A stretch of DNA of 64,000 bases from Patescibacteria group bacterium (GCA_018825365.1 JAHJEV010000001.1:57601-121600); one strand, 5' to 3'; shown: positions 38,270 to 48,027, numbered from the stretch's first letter. Notes: generated from the letters alone by a model not told the origin. Numbers and translations: made by a program.

Positions 38270-39688
38270 ATGAAAAAGAAAATACTTATCACAACCGCAA
38301 TAGACTACGTTAATGATGTAATTCATATCGGGCATGCTTATCAGAAAATACTAGCTGATTGTGTTGCCAGGTTTGAACGAGTAAGAAGAGGAAAAGACAA
38401 TGTATTTTTTGTTACTGGAACCGATGAGCATGGTCAGAAAGTTTATAACGCGGCCAAAGAGCAGGGTTTAGATGTCAGGGGTTTCGTGGATGATATTGCG
38501 AAAAAAGATCAAGATCAGCAAGATAGCTTACAGATTTCGTATGATAGATTTATAAGAACAACCGACGAGGATCATAAGAAGTTTGCGGGAGAGTTTTTCA
38601 AAAAAGTTTATGATGCAGGGTATATTTACAAAGGAACTTATAAGGGTTTGTACTGCGAAGGTTGTGAGGCTTACAAAACGGAGAAGGATTTAGTTGATGG
38701 GAAATGTTCCTTGCACCCAACAGGAGAAATCCAGGTTGTTGAGGAAGAAAATTACTTCTTTAAGTTTTCTAAATTCAAAAATTTCCTCAAAGATTTATAT
38801 GATAGTAATCCCGATTTTGTGCTACCAAAATCTCGTTTTAAAGAGATGTATTCGTTCATTGACAAGATTGAGGATATTCCTGTAACAAGGAGAAAAGAGA
38901 AGCTTCCGTGGGGTATAGAATGTCCGATTGATGGCGACCATGTTATTTGGGTTTGGTTTGATGCACTTGTTAATTATTTAACTTTTGGTTTGGAGAAAAA
39001 TATTTGGAATAAAAATATGGAAATAATTCACTTTGTGGGGAAAGATGTAGCAAGAATGCACGCACTTCTGTGGCCCTGTATGTTGAAGGCTGCTGGGTAT
39101 GAACTTCCTGATTGTATTTACGACCACGCATTTTTAAGTATAAACGGGAAAAAAATAAGTAAGAGTTTGGGAAATGTTGTAGCTCCTAAAGACTTGGTGG
39201 AAAAGTATGGAGTCGATCCTGTTAGATATTATTTCTTGAGATATGGTCCTATCGTTGAGGATGCCGATTTTAGTGAGGAGCATTTCAAAATTGTTTATAA
39301 TGCGGATCTCGCAAATGGGTTGGGGAACACAGTGGCTAGATTAGCCAAACTAGCCGAAAAGTCTGAATTGTCATTCGTTGGCATCACGAATGAAAATGAC
39401 AGATTGAGTAAAGAAGTGACTCAGCACTTTGATGTATTTCGAGTGGATTTAGCTATACAAAATGTGTGGTCTAGACTTTCTGAACTAGATAAACACATAA
39501 ATGGGAATACCCCATGGGCTATAACTGATGAAAAGAAACTTAAGGAAGTTTTGGAATATGAGATTAAAGAGCTTTGCGTAGTAGCCTCTCTTTGTAAGCC
39601 TTTTATTCCCGACACTTCACAAAAGATCCTTAATACATTTGGAAGTGAGAAGGTTACTGCTTCGGTGGGATTATTCCCAAGAATATAA
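38270..39688 (+). CDS. metG: Methionyl-tRNA synthetase (compact)
   Basis: HIGH motif 'IHIGHAYQ'. KMSKS-type 'KISKSLGN'. Zn knuckle 'CEGCEAY...GKCSLHP'. 472 aa. Confidence 0.9.
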   Translation: MKKKILITTAIDYVNDVIHIGHAYQKILADCVARFERVRRGKDNVFFVTGTDEHGQKVYNAAKEQGLDVRGFVDDIAKKDQDQQDSLQISYDRFIRTTDEDHKKFAGEFFKKVYDAGYIYKGTYKGLYCEGCEAYKTEKDLVDGKCSLHPTGEIQVVEEENYFFKFSKFKNFLKDLYDSNPDFVLPKSRFKEMYSFIDKIEDIPVTRRKEKLPWGIECPIDGDHVIWVWFDALVNYLTFGLEKNIWNKNMEIIHFVGKDVARMHALLWPCMLKAAGYELPDCIYDHAFLSINGKKISKSLGNVVAPKDLVEKYGVDPVRYYFLRYGPIVEDADFSEEHFKIVYNADLANGLGNTVARLAKLAEKSELSFVGITNENDRLSKEVTQHFDVFRVDLAIQNVWSRLSELDKHINGNTPWAITDEKKLKEVLEYEIKELCVVASLCKPFIPDTSQKILNTFGSEKVTASVGLFPRI

Positions 39689-41068
39689 ATGTCAAATACT
39701 CCTAAAAATTTTTCAAAGGTAATAAAAAAACTTGCAGATATTTTTGGTGAATATCAGTACGCCTTTAGAGGTACATCTAGTCTGGTTATGCAAGATTTAG
39801 ATATGAACGTCGATGACATTGATATACTGTGTGATGAAAAGACTGCTCTGGCAGCAAATAAACTATTAAAGGACTTTTTAGTTGAAGAGGTTAAGTATAG
39901 TGAATCTCCGAAGTTTAAATCCTTCCTTGGCAATTTTAATGTGGATGGAGTAAAGGTAGAAATAATGGGTAACTGGCAGATTCTTGATTCGAAAGAAGTT
40001 TGGAGCAGGGTTTACGATGCTAGTGATAGAGTAGAAGTGGAATATGATAATGAGAAAGTATTTGTTACATCTGTGAATCTAGAATTGGAAATGTTTGCCA
40101 AAATGGGTAGGTGGACAGCTTTCCAAAAAATTAAAAAGCAAATAAAACCTATGAAAAAAATGTTAATTATTGACACATATAATTTTCTCCACAGAGCTTA
40201 TCACGCAATTCCGTCAACATTCAAAGGACCGGACGGCCAACCTACAAATGCGATTTACGGTTTCACGTCAATGATAATTAACGTTCTGGATCAGGTAAGA
40301 CCTGATTACATGGTTGCGGCACTCGATGGGCGGGAACCCACATTTCGAGTAGCCGATTTTACCGCCTACAAAGCTCACAGAAAACCAATGGAAGAAGAGC
40401 TTGAGGTGCAAATACCCAAAGTTTTTGAAATCCTAGATGCCTTTGGAATCAAAAAAATTCTGGTTGAGGGTTACGAAGCCGATGATGTTATTGGGACTGT
40501 TGCTAAGAAGTTTTCAAATGAAGTTGAAGTGGTAATAATCTCTAACGACAAAGATTTATGGCAGCTTGCGGGAGACCATATCACAATAATGGTTCCGGGA
40601 CAAAAGGGACTTTTTGAGTTTATGGGGGATAAAGAAGTTGATGTCAGACTTGGTTTTGAGGCCGAAAAAATAGCGGATTATAAGGGTTTAAGAGGGGATC
40701 CGAGTGATAATATCCCGGGAGTTTATGGAGTGGGGGAGGTGACTGCAACAAGTCTTCTTAAGCAGTTTGGGTCAATTGAGGAGATCTACAAAAATATCGA
40801 GAAGGTAAAGCCCGATAAGTTGAAGGAAAAACTTCTTAACTCCTACGAACAGGCTTTGATGAGCAAAAAGTTGGCCCAGATTGTTTTGGATGTTCCTTAC
40901 AAACTGGATTTGGATGAGTGCAAGTACAGCACATTTAACATTGGCAGAGTTAAAGAGGAACTTCAGAAATATAATTTTAAGTCTTTGATTAGAAGGTTGG
41001 GTCTTGAGCCCGATGAAGGAAAGAAGAAAGAGAAGGAAGTACCGGATAGTCAACTTTCACTGTTATAA
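39689..41068 (+). CDS. 5'-3' exonuclease (Pol I/FEN-type) with an extra ~150-aa N-terminal domain (possible minimal nucleotidyltransferase fold)
   Basis: From residue ~153 'MKKMLIIDTYNFLHRAYHA...EADDVIG...GDPSDNIPGV' is the 53EXO/H3TH fold. Residues 1-150 contain 'RGTSSLVMQDLDMNVDDIDIL', the G[ST]...DxD pattern of pol-beta-type NTases. It is a single continuous ORF. Confidence 0.75.
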   Translation: MSNTPKNFSKVIKKLADIFGEYQYAFRGTSSLVMQDLDMNVDDIDILCDEKTALAANKLLKDFLVEEVKYSESPKFKSFLGNFNVDGVKVEIMGNWQILDSKEVWSRVYDASDRVEVEYDNEKVFVTSVNLELEMFAKMGRWTAFQKIKKQIKPMKKMLIIDTYNFLHRAYHAIPSTFKGPDGQPTNAIYGFTSMIINVLDQVRPDYMVAALDGREPTFRVADFTAYKAHRKPMEEELEVQIPKVFEILDAFGIKKILVEGYEADDVIGTVAKKFSNEVEVVIISNDKDLWQLAGDHITIMVPGQKGLFEFMGDKEVDVRLGFEAEKIADYKGLRGDPSDNIPGVYGVGEVTATSLLKQFGSIEEIYKNIEKVKPDKLKEKLLNSYEQALMSKKLAQIVLDVPYKLDLDECKYSTFNIGRVKEELQKYNFKSLIRRLGLEPDEGKKKEKEVPDSQLSLL

Positions 41069-41073
41069 AAAGG

Positions 41074-41117
41074 AAATCGCCCAGTCTTTATATGCAAATC
41101 CGGGCGATTTTTTTTGG
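41074..41117. terminator. Bidirectional rho-independent terminator
   Basis: AAATCGCCC-(19 nt)-GGGCGATTT followed by TTTTTTT. Sits between convergent genes. Confidence 0.6.
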
Positions 41118-41138
41118 TCAGATTCTGTTTTCATTTTT

Positions 41139-41474
41139 TTATCCAAGTAGATACTTGAAGTAGAGTTGCCAGTCGTTCCGCGATGGGTCTACAATTCCTA
41201 GCAACACAGCACCCTTTTGCTTCAGGTTGGCATATATACGTGAGAAACTACCTAGGCTGAAATCCCCGCTTGCGATCAAAACGGCCTGTTCCTTCTTGGG
41301 GAATTTTCTCTTAGCCAGTTCGCTGAAACCACTTGGGTCGAAAACGTTGATCACCTGCGAGCCATTGGTGGGTTGTTCTTTCTCGACCGTACTCACTTTG
41401 AGTTGTTCGAGGACCGCTCTGACCTGCGGTTCTGCGTCTTTATCGAGAAACAACCTTACTACTACGGTACTCAT
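41139..41474 (-). CDS. Hypothetical protein (GC-rich orphan)
   Basis: 111-aa ORF with about 50% GC. No recognisable motif. Confidence 0.3.
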   Translation of the reverse strand: MSTVVVRLFLDKDAEPQVRAVLEQLKVSTVEKEQPTNGSQVINVFDPSGFSELAKRKFPKKEQAVLIASGDFSLGSFSRIYANLKQKGAVLLGIVDPSRNDWQLYFKYLLG

Positions 41475-41557
41475 ACGACCTCCTTTCCTTTCTTTCGGAG
41501 ATTATACTACACAATTTAGGTTTACATGCAAGTTACATTGTGTGAAAGTATAGTGAT

Positions 41558-42193
41558 ATGGAAAATCTCAATGAAAAAGCAGAAGAAATAGCAAGGATTC
41601 TTGAAAAAAACTATCCAAATCCTAAAACTGAGTTAGTACACGCCAATGAGTATGAATTGGCTGTTTCTGTTGTGCTTTCAGCCCAGACGACTGACAAAAA
41701 AGTTAATCAGGTTACTCCTGCGTTGTTCAAAGAATATCCAACATGGCAGGTACTTTCAAATGCTGAAGTGGCTGATGTTGCAAACTTCATAAGACAAGTT
41801 AATTTTTATAAGGGAAAGGCGCAAAGGCTGGTAAAAGCAGCTCAGAGGGTTGTTGCTGAGTATGAAGGTGTTCTTCCTCACTCGATGGAAAGTCTTATGA
41901 CTATACCCGGTATTGCAAGAAAAAGTGCCAATGTAATAATGCAGCAAGCTTGGGGAATAGCCGAGGGGATTGTTGTAGACACACATGTTATAAGAGTTTC
42001 AAACAAACTTGGGTTAACTATTCATAAGGATCCCGCGAAGATAGAAAGGGACTTGATGAACATATTTCCAAGGAAATATTGGAGAAATATCTCAAGCGCG
42101 CTGGTTTTACACGGTCGATATATCTGCATTGCCAGAAAGCCAAATTGTGGTGAGTGTTGTTTGAATAAGATTTGTCCCAGCGCTTTTAAGTAG
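41558..42193 (+). CDS. nth: Endonuclease III
   Basis: HhH-GPD core. C-terminal [4Fe-4S] motif 'CIARKPNCGECCLNKIC'. Confidence 0.85.
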   Translation: MENLNEKAEEIARILEKNYPNPKTELVHANEYELAVSVVLSAQTTDKKVNQVTPALFKEYPTWQVLSNAEVADVANFIRQVNFYKGKAQRLVKAAQRVVAEYEGVLPHSMESLMTIPGIARKSANVIMQQAWGIAEGIVVDTHVIRVSNKLGLTIHKDPAKIERDLMNIFPRKYWRNISSALVLHGRYICIARKPNCGECCLNKICPSAFK

Positions 42194-42197
42194 GGGA

Positions 42198-42716
42198 TTA
42201 CTGGACTATTTCAAAAACTCTGATTGTCGCGAAATACTTGCTTTGGTTTTCATCGTAGTTCCAATCACCGACTACCGTCATTCTTAACTCAAAACTTTTT
42301 TCCGGGTCTATTCTTATCAGCTCCGCAAGGTCCTTGTATGAGGGTGTTCTTTGTCTGAAAAATATCTCTTTGTTTGTTTTATTTGTCCACATGACTTTCT
42401 GATCTTTCGCTACATCAACAAATTTAGGTACCCAGCCAAAGTCTGTAAATTCAACATTTACGACTCCCAAAGAGGCATCAATTTCTGCCTCTGTTTGAGC
42501 TTTGATTTGGGCACTTTCACTTGCCTGTTTTGTTTCTAATTCTTGTGCTGTTTCTTCCTCAGTTACACTGTAGGAGCTTTCGTTTCCAATTCCTTTCATC
42601 TCTGTTAACTTGTTATGAGATTTTAAAGCATAGAAAAAAATCAATCCAAGAAACACCGTGAGTGTAATAAGTCCGATTGTGAATACTGGTTTGTTTCGCT
42701 CAAAAAACGCTTTCAT
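42198..42716 (-). CDS. Hypothetical membrane-anchored protein
   Basis: 172 aa. N-terminal TM helix. Extracytoplasmic beta-rich C-terminus. Confidence 0.35.
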   Translation of the reverse strand: MKAFFERNKPVFTIGLITLTVFLGLIFFYALKSHNKLTEMKGIGNESSYSVTEEETAQELETKQASESAQIKAQTEAEIDASLGVVNVEFTDFGWVPKFVDVAKDQKVMWTNKTNKEIFFRQRTPSYKDLAELIRIDPEKSFELRMTVVGDWNYDENQSKYFATIRVFEIVQ

Positions 42717-42733
42717 TGGTAGATTATATCAGT

Positions 42734-43729
42734 TTAGGCAATTGAGCTTACGCTATCTTTCAGCAGCTCTTTATTTACCAGATATTTTGGTGGGTTCTTA
42801 TTAATTAATACATCAATTACGTTCTCTGCTGCCATTCTAGCCATCTGAATTCTTGCTTCCCAGGTTGCGCTGGCAATGTGCGGAGTTAGAAGCACGTTGT
42901 TTAGTTTCAAAAGGTCTGGATGGATTTTTGGTTCTTCTTCAAACACATCAAGAGCCGCTCCGGCAATGTAGTTTTCTTTTAGAGCTAAAGCCAGAGCGTT
43001 TTCATCAATCACCGGACCCCTTGCCGTATTTATGAGTATAGCGCCGGGTTTCATAAGTTCAAATTGAGCACTATCTATCATGTGCTTTGTTTCTTCGGAC
43101 AGGTTAACGTGCAGGGAAATCACATCGCTATTTTGTAGCAAGTAATCCAAACTTACCTTTTCTGCATCTAACAGATTTTCGGCTTCTGGATGTGGGGCGA
43201 TATCGTAATAAAGAATTTTCATGTTAAGACCGTGTTTTGCCATTCGCGAAAAGAACTGTCCAATCCTTCCAAAACCGATAATTCCCAGTGTCTTTCCCAT
43301 GAATTTTGGTCCTATAAATGTCATGGGGTCCCAGTATTTGTATTTTCCATCTCTGCAGAATTTATCTGCCTCCGCAAGTCTTCTTCCAAGTCCCAGCATC
43401 ATGGAAAGTGCGTGTTCAGCAACAGCCTCTGTTAGATCACCCGGGGTGTTGGCAACATAAATATTTTTCTTCGTAGCTTCATCAAGGTCAATGTTGTCAT
43501 AACCCACAGAGTAGGTTGCAACAACCTTTAAGTTTTTAGCTACTTCAAATACGGACTTGTTAATCTGGTCGGGTATTACCGGAATGATCGCGTCAGCGTC
43601 TTTAATAGCTTTTTTTAACTCTGCGGGCGACAGAGGAGCACCTTTTCTGTAATCAAGCTCCAAGTTTTTGTGCTCTGTTAAAAGGTTTATTCCTGCTTGT
43701 GGTATTTCTCTTGTAATTAATACTTTCAT
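42734..43729 (-). CDS. D-isomer-specific 2-hydroxyacid dehydrogenase (glycerate/hydroxypyruvate reductase-like)
   Basis: NAD-binding 'GIIGFGRIGQ'. Catalytic R/E/H spacing typical of the family. 331 aa. Confidence 0.8.
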   Translation of the reverse strand: MKVLITREIPQAGINLLTEHKNLELDYRKGAPLSPAELKKAIKDADAIIPVIPDQINKSVFEVAKNLKVVATYSVGYDNIDLDEATKKNIYVANTPGDLTEAVAEHALSMMLGLGRRLAEADKFCRDGKYKYWDPMTFIGPKFMGKTLGIIGFGRIGQFFSRMAKHGLNMKILYYDIAPHPEAENLLDAEKVSLDYLLQNSDVISLHVNLSEETKHMIDSAQFELMKPGAILINTARGPVIDENALALALKENYIAGAALDVFEEEPKIHPDLLKLNNVLLTPHIASATWEARIQMARMAAENVIDVLINKNPPKYLVNKELLKDSVSSIA

Positions 43730-43744
43730 GGGCAGTTTCCAGCT

Positions 43745-44695
43745 TTATTCCACTAACTTATTTACCAAATTTTCCATCTTATCTTTAGTATAAAGACCAG
43801 TATCTGTTCCTGCTACTTCTATTTCACCTCTGGCGTTAACAACCCCCCAGGCTAGCGCTTCTCTTAGAGGTCTTTTGTGAAATATTGCCGACACAAAACC
43901 CGATGAGAAAGCATCCCCAGCTCCGGTTTTATCAACAACCGGCCGTCCATCATCATATGCAGTAAGACTTACGAGATTTTCCCCATCAAACGCACTAACA
44001 CCTTTTTCGCCATCGGTTATTACGGTGAGTTTTGGTCCTAACTTTTGCAAGTCAATGTGTATTTGCGGAAGTGGTTTTTCTCCGACAATTTTTGCGGCCT
44101 CTTCCATATTCAAGATTAAAATATCGGTAACTTCCATGAAGCTTTTTAGTGATTCAACACCGGCTTTTAGCTGGTATGTACCGGGATTAAAGACGATTCC
44201 CACACCCGAATTTGATTTAATATATTTAATTAGTTCGTCCTGAAAACTCTGAAACCCATCTCCAATTGAAGTGTAGTAGAGAAGTTTGGGTTTTTCCCAA
44301 TCCCTTACCATGTAATTTCTTTTTCCGTGGTAGGAGAAGATTGTTCGTTCCTTGTTATAAACAATGATTGAGTGAATATCAGTCGTAGTGGCAGCATTTT
44401 TTACGCAGTATCTTGTATCAACTCCAAGTTTCGCCAGTTCTTTAATTATTCTTTCTCCGTTTTCATCATCTCCGATTTCAGTATAAATCGAAGTTTTAAG
44501 ACCCAGATAGTTGCAACCAATACCCACATTTACCGCGTTTCCGGCAATTGATGTTGTAAGGCTTTCAACTGGTATTTTTGTGCCGTGAACAAAACATATT
44601 TCTGAATCACCAGAGGTGGTTACCTTTTCATCAACCGTGTTTACGTGCAGCGTTATATCTATTGACGAATCTCCTATGGTTAGAATGTCACTCAT
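43745..44695 (-). CDS. PfkB-family carbohydrate kinase
   Basis: C-terminal 'DKTGAGDAFSSGF' anion-hole motif. N-terminal GG motif region. 316 aa. Confidence 0.75.
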   Translation of the reverse strand: MSDILTIGDSSIDITLHVNTVDEKVTTSGDSEICFVHGTKIPVESLTTSIAGNAVNVGIGCNYLGLKTSIYTEIGDDENGERIIKELAKLGVDTRYCVKNAATTTDIHSIIVYNKERTIFSYHGKRNYMVRDWEKPKLLYYTSIGDGFQSFQDELIKYIKSNSGVGIVFNPGTYQLKAGVESLKSFMEVTDILILNMEEAAKIVGEKPLPQIHIDLQKLGPKLTVITDGEKGVSAFDGENLVSLTAYDDGRPVVDKTGAGDAFSSGFVSAIFHKRPLREALAWGVVNARGEIEVAGTDTGLYTKDKMENLVNKLVE

Positions 44696-45687
44696 ATTTT
44701 CTCCATATTTTTTAGAAACTTATAAACCTTATCTTCTATATGATGGGCGCTAAGACCGTATTTGTCTTTAAGCTCCTCGTATTTTCCGGACTCTAGAAAA
44801 GTGTCATTGATACCTATTCGAAGCAGCGGGAGGGGATTTTTATCGCTCAAAAGCTCGGCTATTGCTCCTCCCAGCCCCCCGTTTATTTGATGCTCCTCGA
44901 CAGTTACTACGCATTTTGTTTTTTTAACGCTTTGTAAAATTGTTACCTCGTCCAGGGGTTTGATTGTTGGACTTGAGATTACCTCCGCTTCTATTTTGTA
45001 CTTTGCTTTTAGATGTTTTGCAGCAAGTAGCGTCTCATATATTATTGGTCCGCAGGAAATTATTGTGACATCTTTTCCCTCTATGAACACATCCGCTTTT
45101 CCTATTTTAAATAGAGTTTCCCTGGTTGTGATTAATGGTGTTTCTGCTTTTGAAAATCGAAGATACACGGGGCCTTTGTGTTTTGAAATTTCAACAACTG
45201 CTTTTTGTGTTTGATTAGAATCAATTGTGTTTATAACTACCATGTTTGGCAACACTCGCATTGTTGCGATGTCTTCAAGAGGCAGGGCATTTGCTCCGTC
45301 AGGAGCGTTTGATAATCCGGCGTGGGATCCGCATATCTTAACATTCGCATTTTGAAGACAAACAGAGAGTCTTATTTGATCCCAATTTCTTGTAGTGGTG
45401 AATATTGCGTGAGTTGCAACAAACGGGATTTTTCCTGACATCGAAAGACCGGCGGCTATTCCCATCATATTTTGTTCGGCAATACCGCAATGTATGAATC
45501 TTTCGGGATATTTTTCCATGAACCCCCCAAGTCTTACTGAATATGATAAATCGGCGCCAAGAACTATGATGTTTTTGTTTATGGCCGCCGCATCTAAAAC
45601 TCCCTCTCCAAAGCCGTCTCTTGAAGCTTTGAGTTTAACATCACTACTGAATATATCTTGATCAAGTTTGATTTTTTGGTTCAGCAT
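44692..45687 (-). CDS. Transketolase, C-terminal (pyrimidine-binding) subunit
   Basis: Pyr-binding and C-terminal domains ('ERFIHCGIAEQNMMGIAAGL'). Split-type transketolase. Confidence 0.85.
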   Translation of the reverse strand: MLNQKIKLDQDIFSSDVKLKASRDGFGEGVLDAAAINKNIIVLGADLSYSVRLGGFMEKYPERFIHCGIAEQNMMGIAAGLSMSGKIPFVATHAIFTTTRNWDQIRLSVCLQNANVKICGSHAGLSNAPDGANALPLEDIATMRVLPNMVVINTIDSNQTQKAVVEISKHKGPVYLRFSKAETPLITTRETLFKIGKADVFIEGKDVTIISCGPIIYETLLAAKHLKAKYKIEAEVISSPTIKPLDEVTILQSVKKTKCVVTVEEHQINGGLGGAIAELLSDKNPLPLLRIGINDTFLESGKYEELKDKYGLSAHHIEDKVYKFLKNMEKI

Positions 45688-45705
45688 TGGGCAGCGAAGA
45701 AGTAA

Positions 45706-46239
45706 TTAATTGCATTCTAAAGTTTTTGTAACCTTATCAAATCTTATATCCCAATCGGTTTTTGATAGAGTTATAATGTCAACAGCGACGTTCATACCCG
45801 GTTGTGGTGTGCATATATCTCCAGGCACTGTCTCTTCAACTAAAACAAGAAGTCTCTTTTTGGCCTTTTCTTCATAAACTTTTCTTATTTTTACCTTTAC
45901 CCCCTTAAACTCATTAGTGTCTGACGTCGCGGCAATTACCACATCATTGTCGAAATTAATATTTTCTTGTACCTTCAGCAGACCACTTTCATCAATAGAA
46001 TTTAAAAATTCATTTAGTTGTTCGTTTGTGGTAATAACCTCTCTTCGTTTTTCTAACTGTTTTGTTGTGGTAACTGTAGTGGGGAAGTCGGTCAGCCTTG
46101 TGATTGTCGGTTCTTTGTTAAAGTTTGGTAATTTTATTTCGTCTTTAAGAAGAAAAGACCCCACTCCCAATATCAGAAGTATAATGATTGCCAGAGGGAT
46201 CAAACTTACGTTTAATACTGCTTTTTGTTTTTCAATCAT
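45706..46239 (-). CDS. Hypothetical membrane-anchored protein inserted between the transketolase halves
   Basis: 177 aa. N-terminal TM helix. Overlaps the stop of the upstream transketolase N-terminal subunit gene by 8 nt. Confidence 0.35.
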   Translation of the reverse strand: MIEKQKAVLNVSLIPLAIIILLILGVGSFLLKDEIKLPNFNKEPTITRLTDFPTTVTTTKQLEKRREVITTNEQLNEFLNSIDESGLLKVQENINFDNDVVIAATSDTNEFKGVKVKIRKVYEEKAKKRLLVLVEETVPGDICTPQPGMNVAVDIITLSKTDWDIRFDKVTKTLECN

Positions 46240-47098
46240 AAAGTATTTTACCTTTCAAAGTTTTTAGTTCTTCCAGCGCGGTTTTCGCCTCTTTGGAATT
46301 GGGAGCTATTCCGTGCCATCGAAAATCGTTCTCCATAAATTTTACACCCTTACCGGGTATCGTATGTGCAATTATAGCAGTTGGACGCTGTGTTATGGTT
46401 TTTGCCATATTAAATGCACTTATGATCTCAGCTATGTTGTGTCCGTCTATCTCAATTACAAACCAATTGAAACTCTCAAGCTTCTCTTTAAGGTTTTCCA
46501 GCGGCATTACATCTTCGGTATTTCCGTCACTTTGAATATTATTTCTGTCTATGATCCATGTGATATTGTTTAGTTTTTTGTTTGGGGCAAACATTGCGGC
46601 TTCCCACACCTGTCCCTCATCTAGTTCTCCGTCTCCTGTCATACAGTAAATTCTGTAATTTTGTTTATCCATTTTTGCTGCTAATGCCATGCCTATAGCC
46701 TGGGAGAAGCCTTGTCCTAAAGAGCCGCTTGTATTTTCGATTCCGGGAACAGTTCCCAAAACAGGGTGCCCCTGAAGTTTGGAATTAATTTTTCTCAATG
46801 TCCAAAGCTCCTTTTCAGGAAAAAACCCTCTGTGTGAAAGAGTGGCGTACCAGATCGGAACTATGTGTCCATTTGATAGTACAAACCTATCCCTGTTTTT
46901 CATATTTGGATTTTGAGGGTCTATGTTGAGAGTGTGAAAGTATAGGGCAGTAAAAATCTCAGCAGTTCCCAAAGATCCTGCTGTGTGTCCGGTACCGGCT
47001 TCCAGAAGCATATCCACAACAAGTTGTCTTAGTTTGTTAGCAACTTGATAAAGTTTTTCAGTATCCAAAACAGGTTCTTTTTTTTGGGATGTGGGCAT
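46232..47098 (-). CDS. Transketolase, N-terminal (TPP-binding) subunit
   Basis: 'GHTAGSLGTAEIF' and 'GDGELDEGQVWEA' are the TPP-binding motifs. Confidence 0.85.
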   Translation of the reverse strand: MPTSQKKEPVLDTEKLYQVANKLRQLVVDMLLEAGTGHTAGSLGTAEIFTALYFHTLNIDPQNPNMKNRDRFVLSNGHIVPIWYATLSHRGFFPEKELWTLRKINSKLQGHPVLGTVPGIENTSGSLGQGFSQAIGMALAAKMDKQNYRIYCMTGDGELDEGQVWEAAMFAPNKKLNNITWIIDRNNIQSDGNTEDVMPLENLKEKLESFNWFVIEIDGHNIAEIISAFNMAKTITQRPTAIIAHTIPGKGVKFMENDFRWHGIAPNSKEAKTALEELKTLKGKILYD

Positions 47099-47430
47099 TA
47101 AGATGAGTATAAAAGTTTTGGATTTTAATTACAAGAAATGTTTGATATTTAGCTCTTTACTTAAAATGTTCTAATGCAGGTGTTTGACTTTTGGGGATAT
47201 TTTCGGTAGTACTACCGTCGATAGGTGCACATGAAAGCTCGTCAGGTCAAATTAGACCCGCTCGGTTCAACGGTTTCTCTCCTTTTTAAAGTTGGACTGT
47301 TTTTACGAGCCAGTGCACCCTTCCTCCTCAAAGCGTGCGGTGAGTTGTCTGCCAAGGATGCTGTAATCATTGCCCCCCAGGTAGATACAACCTCTGCACG
47401 CTTCTTTTTATTCAACTGCTTCTGGGAAAT

Positions 47431-48027
47431 TTATTTTCTGTTCTTATCGAATTCTTTTAGGTAAGCCAAAACTTCTTCTGGGGTAGTGCATATTTTCAGT
47501 ATTTCTCTTTCTCCTATTTTTAGTATCATATTTCTTTCTATAGCGTCCAAAATGTCATTCCAAAAGCTTCCAAAAAGGATTATCGGTTTGCTGTTTGGTT
47601 CGTGTATCCATGAACTCACCCAGGTCATTCCAAACTCACTTAAAGTTCCAATACTTCCTTTAAATATGATGTGAACATCGGAAGTTTGAAGCATTACCTT
47701 CGTTCTATCAAAATAATCAAGAGTTATAACTTCAAAGTCAAAGTTATTGTCTAAAGCAACCCCCTCGTAGTGCCTCTTGGGTTTATTTGGATGGTAGGTT
47801 ACTGCAAGTGCTTTTGCACCTCCGGCATGAGCTCCGTTTGTTGCTGCATCCATGATTCCCGGACCACCCCCATCAACTATTTGGTATCCGTTTTCAGCTA
47901 AAAGTTTTGCGGTTTCAAAGGCTTGGATGTATGGTTCCTCGTCCATTTTCCAGGCAGCGCCACCCAGAATGCACACCGTTAATGGTTTTTTATCCTTTAT
48001 ATTGTTAATAGTTGCTACTTGATCCAT
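47431..48027 (-). CDS. LOG-family (TIGR00730) Rossmann-fold nucleotide-binding protein
   Basis: 'VCILGGAAW' and 'VDGGGPGIMDAATNGA' motifs. Start set to the internal Met (MDQVATINN), which leaves a 23-nt overlap with the rpe stop; the track ORF start at 48093 overlaps by 89 nt. Confidence 0.65.
   Translation of the reverse strand: MDQVATINNIKDKKPLTVCILGGAAWKMDEEPYIQAFETAKLLAENGYQIVDGGGPGIMDAATNGAHAGGAKALAVTYHPNKPKRHYEGVALDNNFDFEVITLDYFDRTKVMLQTSDVHIIFKGSIGTLSEFGMTWVSSWIHEPNSKPIILFGSFWNDILDAIERNMILKIGEREILKICTTPEEVLAYLKEFDKNRK

Noticed and set aside
47224-47410. Assignment of the structured intergenic RNA to SRP (GTCAGGTC string), TPP riboswitch (UUGAACC/ACCUGA strings) or RNase P
   Set aside because: Only short partial matches. 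The 3' strand of an SRP helix 8 (AGCAGC) is missing. TPP elements are in the wrong order. The length is too short for RNase P. Left as an unclassified candidate ncRNA.
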